Source: a virus
DNA: 64,000 bases
IMG/VR virus record: IMGVR_UViG_3300050500_000418
Reading direction: 5' to 3' (one strand)
The position numbers and the translations under genes were made by a program. The notes beneath the pieces were generated by a model. That model was not told the DNA's origin. It worked only from the letters and a program-made list of their open reading frames with translations, and made no database searches. Shown here piece by piece: positions 1 through 8,240 of this stretch; position 1 is the stretch's first letter; every line of letters begins with the position of its first letter.

Positions 1-1
1 G

Positions 2-58
2 AAGGGCGGCTGCGGCATCCACGGCTTCATCCGCAACGGCCTGTGGGTGCCAGCGTGA
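2..58 (+). CDS. hypothetical protein, 3' end only (partial at window edge)
   Basis: Open frame from window edge to TGA 56-58; stop overlaps next start (GTGA). Confidence 0.35.
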   Translation, partial: KGGCGIHGFIRNGLWVPA

Positions 59-243
59 CGGACCGGGCCGACTTCAACGCCCGCCAACACGACCGCATCG
101 TGGAGCGCATCATCGGCAGGCCCCTCACTGACGAGGTCCGCGCCGAGCTGGCCGCCATGGACGACGACGACCGGGACACGTGGCCCGCCTGGTGGCGCGA
201 GCGGGTCGAGGCGGCTGAGGCCCTCTGGGACGCGTACGGGTAG
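55..243 (+). CDS. hypothetical protein
   Basis: Frame of ORF-track 43..243; GTG 55 overlaps upstream TGA (alternative GTG 43); G/C-rich third codon positions. Confidence 0.5.
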   Translation: MTDRADFNARQHDRIVERIIGRPLTDEVRAELAAMDDDDRDTWPAWWRERVEAAEALWDAYG

Positions 244-249
244 CCGGCC

Positions 250-266
250 CTAACCGCGGTTAGGGT
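250..266 (+). promoter_or_regulatory. cassette variant: CTAACCGCGGTTAG palindrome with -10 TAGGGT (261-266)
   Basis: 2-mismatch copy of the recurrent palindrome; ATG 274 lies 7 nt after the -10. Confidence 0.45.
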
Positions 267-273
267 GGGCGGC

Positions 274-594
274 ATGCCCGTAGCTGCCACCGCAGAAGAC
301 GTCCTCTCCGCGATGGAGGAGGCGATGGCCTGCCAGATCGGTCCCACCGGCGCCCGCGACGCCATGGAGGCCCTCCGGCATGCCGAGCTCGCCATCATCG
401 TCATGACGCCCGACGAGGCCCGCCACCTGGGCCGCTACAACCAGGCCATGCGTGACCTCCTCAGCCACTCGTCGAAGTGGTCGTACATCCCCGCCAACTT
501 CCTGGACGGTCGCGACGAGGACCCCGCCATCGAGGCGCAGGACCTCCTCGAGAAGGCCGTGCGCGCCCTCAACTCGGACCCTGACCGTGGCTGA
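274..594 (+). CDS. hypothetical protein (leaderless start)
   Basis: ATG 274 in frame of ORF-track 265..594, 7 nt after -10 hexamer, no SD. Confidence 0.6.
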   Translation: MPVAATAEDVLSAMEEAMACQIGPTGARDAMEALRHAELAIIVMTPDEARHLGRYNQAMRDLLSHSSKWSYIPANFLDGRDEDPAIEAQDLLEKAVRALNSDPDRG

Positions 595-862
595 CCTCCA
601 CCCGTACGCGGAGGCCGCAGCCTTCTACTGCCACGCCCTGGGCCTCCCGGCCGGAGACTTCCTCCCCTCGGATGTGCGCCAGGATCGCGCCGATCCGGGG
701 CCGCCCATCGACCCCGGCCCCCCGGAGGAGGCGCCCGTGCTCGGCGGCCGCCGCGAGCTGATGCTGGGCATCTGGCCCGCCGGCCGCGGCGGTGAACCCC
801 TCATCGTCGAGGCCGTCTACGACGAGCCGGGTGACTGCCCCGGCCACGAGGCCCCCGCATGA
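587..862 (+). CDS. hypothetical protein
   Basis: GTG 587 in frame of ORF-track 452..862; 8-nt overlap with upstream gene. Confidence 0.5.
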   Translation: MADLHPYAEAAAFYCHALGLPAGDFLPSDVRQDRADPGPPIDPGPPEEAPVLGGRRELMLGIWPAGRGGEPLIVEAVYDEPGDCPGHEAPA

Positions 863-1371
863 GCCCGGGCGGCATCGAGGTGACGCATGGAGAGGTCACC
901 GAGCACGTGATCATCATGGAGGTGGCCGGCCAACCCGTCATCGTGGTCGGCACCCAAGGCGGCGATGAGGTCGCGGACGCTGCCCAGAAGATCGCCGAGG
1001 CCCTCCACGCTGAAGCCGGCCAGCCCGTGCCCATCCTCATCGACCAGGTCACGAAGGACGTGCGCCAGCTCGTGGGCGTCACCAACTACGGCCCCCGCTT
1101 GACCCCGGCGCCGCCCGGCCAAGGCCAGGGCCGCTACTTCCTCGTCGTCCTCAACAACGACGGCCTGCGTCACTGGCGGGAGGGCCCCGGCCGAGGCGTC
1201 CCCCGCAACCGCCAGATCATCGCTTACACCAACACCCCCGACGGCGCGGACAGGTTCCGCGGGCACCGCCTCAGGGAAGGCGACCAGCTCATCTCCTGGG
1301 GCGCCTGGATGACGGGCCGCTACGCCAACCGTGTCCGCAACGAGGTCGCCAACATCCAGAGGCCCGGCTGA
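859..1371 (+). CDS. hypothetical protein
   Basis: ORF track; ATGA overlap with upstream stop; strong GC3. Confidence 0.6.
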   Translation: MSPGGIEVTHGEVTEHVIIMEVAGQPVIVVGTQGGDEVADAAQKIAEALHAEAGQPVPILIDQVTKDVRQLVGVTNYGPRLTPAPPGQGQGRYFLVVLNNDGLRHWREGPGRGVPRNRQIIAYTNTPDGADRFRGHRLREGDQLISWGAWMTGRYANRVRNEVANIQRPG

Positions 1372-2132
1372 TGCGCGCCATCCCCATCCCCGACCACATC
1401 GCCAAGCACCTAGGCGGCCGACGCGCCATCTTCGGTGAGCCCGGCGACCCGACCCGCACCGACGTGCGCCCCTGCGAGTACCTGGCCACCCCCTCCCAGC
1501 TTTACCCCCACCGCTTCGCATACACCGCCCTCATCGAGCTGGAACCGGAGGAGCGCACCGCGATCGCTGAGGGCGCCCAGATCCTCCTCGTCCTCGATGG
1601 CGCCGAGGTGCCCTGGGCCCTCATGGCCTACATCCCCCCGCCACCCCCCCGACGCCGACCCGCCCAGGGAGACCACATGAGCCGTGCCCGTCTTGTAGCG
1701 ATCCTCACCCTCGCCGCGCTGGCGCTGTCCTGCGCCGCCATCATCCTGGCCGGCTGCGCCTCATCCGAGTCCACCAGCACCAGCGGCGAGCCCTGGTCCG
1801 CCGAGTCGGCTGACCCCGACTTCCTGCGCCGCGCCGCGGATGTCCTCGCCAACGCAGACGAGCACGTCCGCGGCTGGAACGTGGCCGTCGTCCTCGCCGA
1901 GGACGACGAGGGTTACTCGGCGCGGTGGGTCGTCCTCGATGACGCCGGTGAGCTGACGATCCTGGAGCCGGCCTACACCTGCAACGACGATGACACCACC
2001 GAGGAGGGGGACCTGTACCTGATGCTCTCCCCCGGCGACCTCATCGCGTGGGACCCCAAGGGCAACGACACCCGCCTGTGCACCGCCGAGGTTGACGTGA
2101 CCGCGGTGGGCGCGGCGTTGCCCCCGGCATGA
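1371..2132 (+). CDS. hypothetical protein with internal signal-peptide/lipobox-like segment (..LALSCAAIILAGC..)
   Basis: ORF track; TGATG overlap; internal ATG 1677 (MSRARLVAILTLAAL..LAGC) could be an alternative lipoprotein start. Confidence 0.55.
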   Translation: MRAIPIPDHIAKHLGGRRAIFGEPGDPTRTDVRPCEYLATPSQLYPHRFAYTALIELEPEERTAIAEGAQILLVLDGAEVPWALMAYIPPPPPRRRPAQGDHMSRARLVAILTLAALALSCAAIILAGCASSESTSTSGEPWSAESADPDFLRRAADVLANADEHVRGWNVAVVLAEDDEGYSARWVVLDDAGELTILEPAYTCNDDDTTEEGDLYLMLSPGDLIAWDPKGNDTRLCTAEVDVTAVGAALPPA

Positions 2133-2626
2133 GCAGCGACCACGACGCCGTCCTCGAGGAGGTGGCCGATGTCGTCGTCGCGTGCGCCGATGCCATCGGC
2201 CGGGCCGGGGCCCTCGACTTCACCGTGGGGCACCTCGACGATGACGTGCCCGTGCACATGGCCCGCTGGTACGCCCAGGCCACCTGGCAAGGACGACGGG
2301 TCATCATCGAGAACCAACAGTCCCCGGCGCATGCCTGTGACCGCCTCGTCCGCCAGATCCTGGAGGGTGGCGTCTGCAACCACTGCCTGCGGCCCATCAC
2401 CCTCGGCCGCTACCACCCCGCCCAGTGCGTCTGGAGGCGCACCGGCGACCGGTGGGACCGGACGTGCCTGGACCAGCCCGACATCGGCCCCGGCTGGGAG
2501 CGCATCGGCAAGATGATCCGAGCCGTTCCGGGTGGCCCCGCTGACCCGGCCCGGCCTCCGGTGAAGGGGAGCCGCCGACGCAAACCCGGTCACCGATCCG
2601 GCAAGAAGGGCAAACGCCGTGGATGA
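2129..2626 (+). CDS. hypothetical protein (Lys/Arg-rich C-terminus)
   Basis: ORF track; ATGA overlap with upstream stop. Confidence 0.55.
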   Translation: MSSDHDAVLEEVADVVVACADAIGRAGALDFTVGHLDDDVPVHMARWYAQATWQGRRVIIENQQSPAHACDRLVRQILEGGVCNHCLRPITLGRYHPAQCVWRRTGDRWDRTCLDQPDIGPGWERIGKMIRAVPGGPADPARPPVKGSRRRKPGHRSGKKGKRRG

Positions 2627-2871
2627 CTACAAGGAAGGCCACGCCCGTGCCTGAGATGCTGCACCTGCCCGCCAGCCTGGCCACAGTCCTCACCGTCGGC
2701 GCCGGGTCCTACGCCATGCCCGGCTGCGCCGGTGGCACCTGGCTCGACACGGACCTCCACGCCAAGCTCCTGGTCGACGCCTTCGGCCTCGGGGGCCTCG
2801 GCCCGGACGGGTACCGGGAGATCATCACCACCGACAACCACTGGTCCGCCTGGGCACCGGGGCCATCGTGA
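2623..2871 (+). CDS. hypothetical protein
   Basis: ORF track; ATGA overlap. Confidence 0.5.
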   Translation: MTTRKATPVPEMLHLPASLATVLTVGAGSYAMPGCAGGTWLDTDLHAKLLVDAFGLGGLGPDGYREIITTDNHWSAWAPGPS

Positions 2872-3110
2872 TGCCAAAGGGCCACCCCAAGCTCCGCAAC
2901 CAGAAGATCAACAAGCGCTACCGGCGCCTCGTGGAGGCGGCCATCGCCCGCGGGTGGGTCCTGTCCTATGAGGGCAAGCACCCCAAGCTCACCGCACCCA
3001 ACGGCGACGTGGCCACGCCCATCCCCTCCAAGGACCACCAGGGCCTCGAAGCCCGCTTCCGCAAGCTCCTCACGACCCACTCCACCTTCCTGGAAGACCC
3101 CCTGGCATGA
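2868..3110 (+). CDS. small basic protein (only weak HicA-like resemblance)
   Basis: ORF track; GTGA-type overlap; ..YEGKHPKLTAPNGDVATPIP.. pattern. Confidence 0.5.
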   Translation: MMPKGHPKLRNQKINKRYRRLVEAAIARGWVLSYEGKHPKLTAPNGDVATPIPSKDHQGLEARFRKLLTTHSTFLEDPLA

Positions 3111-3316
3111 ACCTCCTACGCGCCCTCCTGGCCTGGCACCGCCGCCCCCACCTGACCGAGCCGGAGATCTTCGCCCTCATCGTCCTCGTGGCCATGTGCT
3201 TCGCGACCATCGTCACCGGCTGGCCCGCGGGCACCGCCGCCCAGGTCGCGGCCCTCACCATCGGGGTGCCCGCCGGGGCCTACCTGGCCCGCGACCTCTT
3301 CCGGGCCATGCCGTGA
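3107..3316 (+). CDS. small membrane protein
   Basis: ORF track; ATGA overlap; two hydrophobic stretches. Confidence 0.55.
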   Translation: MNLLRALLAWHRRPHLTEPEIFALIVLVAMCFATIVTGWPAGTAAQVAALTIGVPAGAYLARDLFRAMP

Positions 3317-3981
3317 CGGCCGAGCGCTGCCCCGCCTGCGGCCACATGGCCGATATCGACCACGACGACACCACCGGCGCCGGCCGCTGGTCCTCCCACC
3401 CCGCCTCGACCGAGCAGCGCATCGGCGAGGAGCAGCATCCCGCCCGCTGGGATGACGACGAGGACCCGCCTCCCCCGCCCACCCGCGACTGCGCCACCTC
3501 GTGGCTTGATGTCCGCCTCGTGCCCCCAGCGGCCGAGCCGGCCGGCGAGTCGTGCCCCTGGCCGAGCTCGGCCATGAAGGTCACCCTCGCTCTGGCCCGC
3601 TTCTGGTACTCCCTGCCCCACCAGTCCACCGGCGGCATCTACCACGTCGTCCTCGATGACGGGAACATCGAAGCCCACTTCGTGGAGCACTGCCGCGACG
3701 AGGCCATCACCGCCGGCTACGAGCTGGGCATCGAGCTCGGCCAGCGCCTCATGGGCCTCACCTACGGGCAACGCTGGTGGGTGTACCGAGCACTCTCGGA
3801 GAAGGCGTGGCTGGAGCTGGGCGTCCGGGCCTACCAGGTGGGCTGGACGATCGCGAACATCACTGACCCGATGATCCGTGGCGTCCTGCAACCCCACGTG
3901 GACCGGCACGGCCACCTCCCCCACGACTTCGACTTCGACCGGGACCACCCGTGGACGCCCGCCGAGGAGTCACCCACTTGA
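3313..3981 (+). CDS. hypothetical protein
   Basis: GTG 3313 (GTGA overlap) in frame of ORF-track 2968..3981; stop TGA lies inside the next -35 TTGACC. Confidence 0.6.
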   Translation: MTAERCPACGHMADIDHDDTTGAGRWSSHPASTEQRIGEEQHPARWDDDEDPPPPPTRDCATSWLDVRLVPPAAEPAGESCPWPSSAMKVTLALARFWYSLPHQSTGGIYHVVLDDGNIEAHFVEHCRDEAITAGYELGIELGQRLMGLTYGQRWWVYRALSEKAWLELGVRAYQVGWTIANITDPMIRGVLQPHVDRHGHLPHDFDFDRDHPWTPAEESPT

Positions 3982-4007
3982 CCGAACCCACTAACCCGGG
4001 TTAGCGT
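3978..4007 (+). promoter_or_regulatory. promoter/operator cassette: -35 TTGACC, CTAACCCGGGTTAG, -10 TAGCGT
   Basis: Exact palindrome 3991-4004; 18-nt -35/-10 spacing; ATG 4014 6 nt after -10. Confidence 0.65.
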
Positions 4008-4013
4008 CTGGGT

Positions 4014-4376
4014 ATGAGCACGCAGCCCACCACCGACTGCCACGCCGCCTTTCCCGGGCACGTGCGCAGCCACTCCCACAACTCCTGCCCCGACTGCGGC
4101 GGCTGGATCGACGCCCCGGCCGACCCGCCCACCACCACCTACGAGGCGATCTTCCCCAAGGCCCGCATGGCCGACGAGCTCGCCGAGCGCATCACCACCA
4201 TGCCGTACGGCGCCACCAACGTCGTGCACCAGCCCCGCACCCGCAAGGTCATCTTCGACGGGCCGGCCACCCGGGCCTACCGCATGGACATCGCCGAGAC
4301 CATCGGCTACTTCGGGTCCCCGCCCAGCGGCCCCGTGGCCACCCTGGACGGCATCCCCACCCCCCGCTCCTACTAG
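4014..4376 (+). CDS. hypothetical protein (leaderless, MST.. start)
   Basis: ORF track; ATGAGCAC directly after cassette. Confidence 0.65.
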   Translation: MSTQPTTDCHAAFPGHVRSHSHNSCPDCGGWIDAPADPPTTTYEAIFPKARMADELAERITTMPYGATNVVHQPRTRKVIFDGPATRAYRMDIAETIGYFGSPPSGPVATLDGIPTPRSY

Positions 4377-4403
4377 CCTCCCCTGCTGGGGAGAGGCAAT
4401 CCA

Positions 4404-4431
4404 CCGGGGCCAGCGTTCGCGCTGGCCCCGG
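4404..4431 (+). terminator. intrinsic-terminator-like hairpin
   Basis: 12-bp perfect stem CCGGGGCCAGCG/CGCTGGCCCCGG with TTCG loop, downstream of CDS 4014..4376. Confidence 0.6.
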
Positions 4432-4513
4432 TCCGCGTCTCGGGCCTACACTCACCCCTGTGACCCGGGCCGCCCTGCGCCGAGAACGAGAGCGTCGACA
4501 TCACGCTCACCTC

Positions 4514-4588
4514 GGCGCGGTCGTCTAGCTGGCCCAGGACCCCCGGCTTTCAACCGGGACAACGCGGGTTCGATCCCCGCTCGCGCCG
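4514..4588 (+). tRNA. tRNA-Glu (anticodon TTC)
   Basis: Hand-folded cloverleaf: acceptor GGCGCGG/TCGCGCC, D-arm TCGTCTAGCTGGCCCAGGAC, anticodon loop CTTTCAA, T-arm GCGGGTTCGATCCCCGC. Confidence 0.85.
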
Positions 4589-4597
4589 CCCAGCGAT

Positions 4598-4668
4598 GCC
4601 CCCATCGTCTAGTGGCAGGACAGCACGTTCTCAGCGTGCAAGCGCGGGTCCGATTCCCGCTGGGGGCA
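4598..4668 (+). tRNA. tRNA-Glu (anticodon CTC)
   Basis: Acceptor GCCCCCA/TGGGGGC, anticodon arm GCACG-TTCTCAG-CGTGC, T-arm GCGGGTCCGATTCCCGC. Confidence 0.8.
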
Positions 4669-4673
4669 CCCAA

Positions 4674-4745
4674 GCCTTCATAGCTCAGCGGAGAGAGCAG
4701 CGGCCTACGGAGCCGTGTGCCCAGGTTCGAGTCCTGGTGAGGGCG
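4674..4745 (+). tRNA. tRNA-Arg (anticodon ACG)
   Basis: Acceptor GCCTTCA/TGAGGGC (one G-U), D-arm GCTCAGCGGAGAGAGC, anticodon loop CTACGGA, T-arm CCAGGTTCGAGTCCTGG. Confidence 0.8.
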
Positions 4746-4746
4746 C

Positions 4747-4819
4747 GGTGGCCGTAGCTCAGTGGTAGAGCGCCGGATTGTGCCCCCGGATGCCACGGGT
4801 CCGATTCCCGTCGGTCACC
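4747..4819 (+). tRNA. tRNA-His (anticodon GTG), candidate
   Basis: Extra 5' G(-1) opposite discriminator C as in tRNA-His; loop TTGTGCC. Weakened by an A-C mismatch closing the anticodon stem and C at position 37. Confidence 0.6.
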
Positions 4820-4836
4820 CCAACCCCCCCACCCCG

Positions 4837-4853
4837 CTAACCGGTGTTAGGGT
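4837..4853 (+). promoter_or_regulatory. cassette variant CTAACCGGTGTTAG with -10 TAGGGT
   Basis: 3-mismatch palindrome copy; ATG 4860 6 nt after -10. Confidence 0.45.
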
Positions 4854-4859
4854 CGGCGC

Positions 4860-5450
4860 ATGCTCCTACACCTGACCGAGGTGCACGCCCCCGGCGGCCG
4901 AGGCCCCCGACCCGTGCGCATCAACCCCGAGGCCATCGCCATGTACCGAGAGCCGGGAGGCACGGCCGGCTCCCCCGACGGGGCCGGTACCTACATGAGC
5001 CTCATCGGCGACCGGGGCCTCTACCTGGCCGAGACCCCCGAGCAGATCGACGAGGCGTGGGAGCGCATCTACCCCACCTTCGACATCGAGGACCGCGTCG
5101 AGGTGGCTGTGGGCCTCATCGAGGACATCACCCTGCCCCTGGACACCGTGCGGGCCGGCGATGACGGCAGCCTCGTGGCCACCGGCACCCTGTCCGAGGA
5201 GTGGCTCGCCGCCCACCCCGTCGTCGCTGAGCGGCTGCGCACCGCCAGCGCCGATGACCCGCAGCTCGTCGAGGTCAACCTCGACGACATGGACCTGGAC
5301 GCCACCGAGGCGGAGCGTGGCGTGCGCCTCGTCATCGAGCGGCGCGACCAGGGCGCCGACCTCAACGCCTGGACGGAGGTCTACACCCTGTGGGACCGGG
5401 AGGTCCCCGTGGGCACCTTCCCCGACTACCGCATCACCCCCGGCCCGTGA
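4860..5450 (+). CDS. hypothetical protein (leaderless)
   Basis: ORF track; ATG immediately after cassette. Confidence 0.65.
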   Translation: MLLHLTEVHAPGGRGPRPVRINPEAIAMYREPGGTAGSPDGAGTYMSLIGDRGLYLAETPEQIDEAWERIYPTFDIEDRVEVAVGLIEDITLPLDTVRAGDDGSLVATGTLSEEWLAAHPVVAERLRTASADDPQLVEVNLDDMDLDATEAERGVRLVIERRDQGADLNAWTEVYTLWDREVPVGTFPDYRITPGP

Positions 5451-6088
5451 CGGACTGGCTCGACCTCACCGGCGACGACGGCAAGCCCACCCACGTGGCC
5501 GTCGACCACATCCTCTACCTGAGGCCCTCCACGGTGGGCAAGGGCACCCTCATCCACTTCGCCGGCCGCCAGGCCGTGGGCGTCTCCCAGAGCATGGCCG
5601 AGATCCGCGGCATCCTCACCGCCCTCGACGAGGTGCACCAGGCCGAGGGCCCGGCCAGCGTCCGAGCCCAGCTCGCCGCCATCATGTACCCGCCCCTCCC
5701 GCCGCTGCCCCGACGCCGGCCCGGCATCGAGCCCGTCGAGGAGCGCCCCGGGACGCCGCCGATCATCAGCCACCTGATGCTCTGCGAGGGCACGGGCTTC
5801 GTGGCCCGCCGGACTAGCGACCCGTCCGGGGCCACCGTGTGCATCGTGTGCGAGCAGACCGTCACCGCCTCCGGGCAGGACTGGCTCGTCGACGCCCACC
5901 CCGGCAACCCCTGCCCCGGAGGCGGGCGCCTCCAACCCACCGACGTGCCCCACGTGACCGGCTCCTGCCACGTGTGCGGCCGCCTCAACGTGGGCATCGA
6001 GTACGGCGTGCTCCGCGCCCACGTCGCGCCCATGACTGACGCCGACGCCGACCGCATCACCAACACTCCCGAGGCCCCCACCCCATGA
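5447..6088 (+). CDS. hypothetical protein with two CxxC pairs (zinc-ribbon-like)
   Basis: GTG 5447 (GTGA overlap) in frame of ORF-track 5390..6088; CIVCEQ and CHVCGR motifs. Confidence 0.6.
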   Translation: MTDWLDLTGDDGKPTHVAVDHILYLRPSTVGKGTLIHFAGRQAVGVSQSMAEIRGILTALDEVHQAEGPASVRAQLAAIMYPPLPPLPRRRPGIEPVEERPGTPPIISHLMLCEGTGFVARRTSDPSGATVCIVCEQTVTASGQDWLVDAHPGNPCPGGGRLQPTDVPHVTGSCHVCGRLNVGIEYGVLRAHVAPMTDADADRITNTPEAPTP

Positions 6089-6420
6089 CCACCCCCACGC
6101 CCCTCGCCATCCCCGCGTCGGAGGTCCTCGAGTTGCCCCTCCGGCGCACCTGCGACCTCCACAACGTCACCGGCGCAGAGACCATCGGCGCCGCCCTCGC
6201 CGCGATCCTGGCCGCCCTGTGGCAGGACCACGCCGGCAACGTGTCCGGGAAGCGCCCCTTCGGGAACAGCTCGTGGCGGTACGACCTCTACGAGGCCCTC
6301 GGCGACGCCGGCCTCATCAAGGTCACCTACGACGAGCACGAGCCCCTCGACATCGAGGACGTCGACTCGGCGATGGGCGACCGGTACATCCTCGCGGCCT
6401 GCAACGCCCTGGCCCCCTAG
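6085..6420 (+). CDS. hypothetical protein
   Basis: ORF track; ATGA overlap. Confidence 0.6.
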   Translation: MTTPTPLAIPASEVLELPLRRTCDLHNVTGAETIGAALAAILAALWQDHAGNVSGKRPFGNSSWRYDLYEALGDAGLIKVTYDEHEPLDIEDVDSAMGDRYILAACNALAP

Positions 6421-6422
6421 GG

Positions 6423-6438
6423 CTAACCCGGGTAAGGT
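6423..6438 (+). promoter_or_regulatory. cassette variant CTAACCCGGGTAAG with -10 TAAGGT, upstream of tRNA-Gln
   Basis: 1-mismatch palindrome copy; no start codon follows; next feature is the tRNA at 6552. Confidence 0.45.
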
Positions 6439-6551
6439 CCACCACCGCGGGCGGGTAGGGCGCCGGGGCGCCGGCCACCGATCCTGCGCCCAGGGGCGCC
6501 GCCCTCCGGCCATCCGCTGGAGCGGCGGCGGCCCGCCCGCACCCCACACCT

Positions 6552-6624
6552 TCGCGGGTAGTTCAATCGGCAGAACGCCAGCCTCTGGAGCTGGATGTTG
6601 GAGGTTCGAACCCTCCCCTGCGAG
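6552..6624 (+). tRNA. tRNA-Gln (anticodon CTG)
   Basis: Acceptor TCGCGGG/CCTGCGA (one G-U), anticodon arm CCAGC-CTCTGGA-GCTGG, T-arm GGAGGTTCGAACCCTCC. Confidence 0.8.
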
Positions 6625-6806
6625 CCGGGACCGGAGGCTTCCCCCTCTGGGCCACGGGCCTGCCTGTGGCGGAGGCTGGGAGCTGGCGCGTCAGTGCGGC
6701 CTCTGGTCCTGACCCTTCCCTGCCCGTCACACCGGAACACCAGCAGGCCCGGCGCCGGGTCCGAGCGTGGCCAGGAGGCGGGCAAGGGAAGCCGGCCCCC
6801 CGTCCA

Positions 6807-6823
6807 CTAACCCGTGTTAGTGT
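6807..6823 (+). promoter_or_regulatory. cassette variant CTAACCCGTGTTAG with -10 TAGTGT
   Basis: 1-mismatch palindrome; ATG 6830 6 nt after -10. Confidence 0.5.
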
Positions 6824-6829
6824 AGGGGG

Positions 6830-7222
6830 ATGCTTACCCCTGACATCGTCGAGTGGATCAACCAGGACCTCAACTACACCCGCCCCGGGTGGAAGGTGTC
6901 CGCCGCTGAGGTGCCCTGCCCTCACGTGGACGTGGATGGGCAGTGGCCCGTCCTCTTCGTGTCGTACGTCGAGGCGGATACCACGCCCGGCGGGACGGGC
7001 GCCCCCTTCCCCCAGACCCGGACCATCCTCATCGACCCCCGCCTCGTCGGTGACGCCGATGACCTGGCCGCCCTGGTCTTCGGGCACATCCTGTGGAGCG
7101 TCATCCACGAGGAGCGGGAGCGCTTCATGGTCAACGGCGCCCAGCCCTACTTCCCGCACCACACCGCCACCCGCGAGACGTGGGACGCCCGCCGCGGCCG
7201 CGTCCTCGCCCAAGTCGACTGA
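6830..7222 (+). CDS. hypothetical protein (leaderless)
   Basis: ORF track; start directly after cassette. Confidence 0.6.
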   Translation: MLTPDIVEWINQDLNYTRPGWKVSAAEVPCPHVDVDGQWPVLFVSYVEADTTPGGTGAPFPQTRTILIDPRLVGDADDLAALVFGHILWSVIHEERERFMVNGAQPYFPHHTATRETWDARRGRVLAQVD

Positions 7223-7226
7223 CCCC

Positions 7227-7256
7227 TCGACACCGCCCGCTAACCACGGTTAGGGT
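7227..7256 (+). promoter_or_regulatory. cassette variant: -35 TCGACA, CTAACCACGGTTAG, -10 TAGGGT
   Basis: 2-mismatch palindrome; 18-nt spacing; ATGAGCAC at 7265. Confidence 0.5.
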
Positions 7257-7264
7257 CAACCGCT

Positions 7265-7801
7265 ATGAGCACCGATCGCGCTGAGGGCCCGGACCCGCTG
7301 TACTGCGCGGCCCGCCCCTGCCCCACCTGCCCCGAGGCCGTCCGCACCCCCGCCGGCATCTGGGCCGCCCACGAGTACGAGAAGCTCGCCGCCTACGACG
7401 AGGACGCCGCCACCGGCCGGGCGCCCTTCGGCGTCTTCCACTGCCACCAGGAGAACGCCACCGGCCGCCCCAGCGTGTGCGTCGGGTGGCTGGGCATCCA
7501 CGGCACCGACGCCATCGCCGTGCGCCTCGCCCTGTCCCGCGGGCAGCTCATCCCCGCTGACGTCGAGAAGGCCCAGGCGACCGACGTCGAGTTGTACCCC
7601 ACCGGTACGGCGGCCCGCGATGCTGGCCTCGCCGGCATCACCAACCCGAGTCCCGAGGCCCACGCCGCCATGGCCCGCCTGGCCCGCAAGGGCGCCGGCC
7701 TGCCACAGACCGAGCACGAGCACGCCCAGGAACCCGCATGTACCACGAGTTGCGCCGCCACCGATGCCGGCGCCGACCCTACGGAACCCGATGCCACATG
7801 A
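7265..7801 (+). CDS. hypothetical protein (leaderless, MST.. start)
   Basis: ORF track. Confidence 0.65.
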   Translation: MSTDRAEGPDPLYCAARPCPTCPEAVRTPAGIWAAHEYEKLAAYDEDAATGRAPFGVFHCHQENATGRPSVCVGWLGIHGTDAIAVRLALSRGQLIPADVEKAQATDVELYPTGTAARDAGLAGITNPSPEAHAAMARLARKGAGLPQTEHEHAQEPACTTSCAATDAGADPTEPDAT

Positions 7802-7965
7802 CGCCGCCCTACCCGCCCCCGCCGCCTCCTCCGCCCGTGCCTCCCGCCCGGGAACGCCTCACCGAGGAGCGCATCCGCCAGATCCGCTTGACAGGCGCCT
7901 GCATCGTCACCCTCACCATCCTGGCCGCCATCTTCATGGTGGTCATCATCGGAAAGGTCATCTGA
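7798..7965 (+). CDS. small Pro-rich membrane protein
   Basis: ATG 7798 (ATGA overlap) in frame of ORF-track 7738..7965; C-terminal hydrophobic helix. Confidence 0.5.
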   Translation: MTPPYPPPPPPPPVPPARERLTEERIRQIRLTGACIVTLTILAAIFMVVIIGKVI

Positions 7966-7967
7966 CC

Positions 7968-8240
7968 GTGGACCAGCCCACCCCCACCGATCGCGTCCCC
8001 TCCGAGTGCCCCAACTGCAAGGGCGCCGGCATCGTCCCCGACGCCGCCACCGAGCCCGAGCTCGCCCAGTTCGCCGCGGCGTGCGGCGCGCTGCCCGGCG
8101 ACGACTGCCCCAACTGTGAGGGCCGCGGCATCCTCGACGCCCCCGGCGACCAGCCCTCCCGCGAGGACCTCGACGCCATGGCAGGCGGCATGATCGACGG
8201 CCTCGCCCTCTACCTAGGCGACGAGGACGGCTGCCGCTGA
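7968..8240 (+). CDS. small protein with two CPNCxGxG zinc-finger-like motifs
   Basis: GTG 7968 in frame of ORF-track 7620..8240; CPNCKGAG and CPNCEGRG. Confidence 0.55.
   Translation: MDQPTPTDRVPSECPNCKGAGIVPDAATEPELAQFAAACGALPGDDCPNCEGRGILDAPGDQPSREDLDAMAGGMIDGLALYLGDEDGCR

Noticed and set aside
2868-3110. HicA-type toxin, with 2623..2871 as its antitoxin
   Set aside because: Only a loose pattern match was seen (..GKHPKLTAPNG..TPIP..). The neighbouring ORF shows no HicB or HTH features. This is too weak to call without a profile search.
2968-3981. Long N-terminal extensions offered by the ORF track (for example 2968..3981, 24467..25312, 7620..8240, 19134..19616, 14576..15046)
   Set aside because: The upstream parts overlap better-supported genes in other frames and encode Pro/Arg-rich strings. 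Internal starts that overlap the preceding stop (ATGA, GTGA, TGATG) or follow a cassette fit the genome-wide pattern.
4452-4796. Minus-strand 114-aa ORF over the tRNA cluster
   Set aside because: It overlaps four well-folding tRNA genes on the + strand, and its product is low-complexity.
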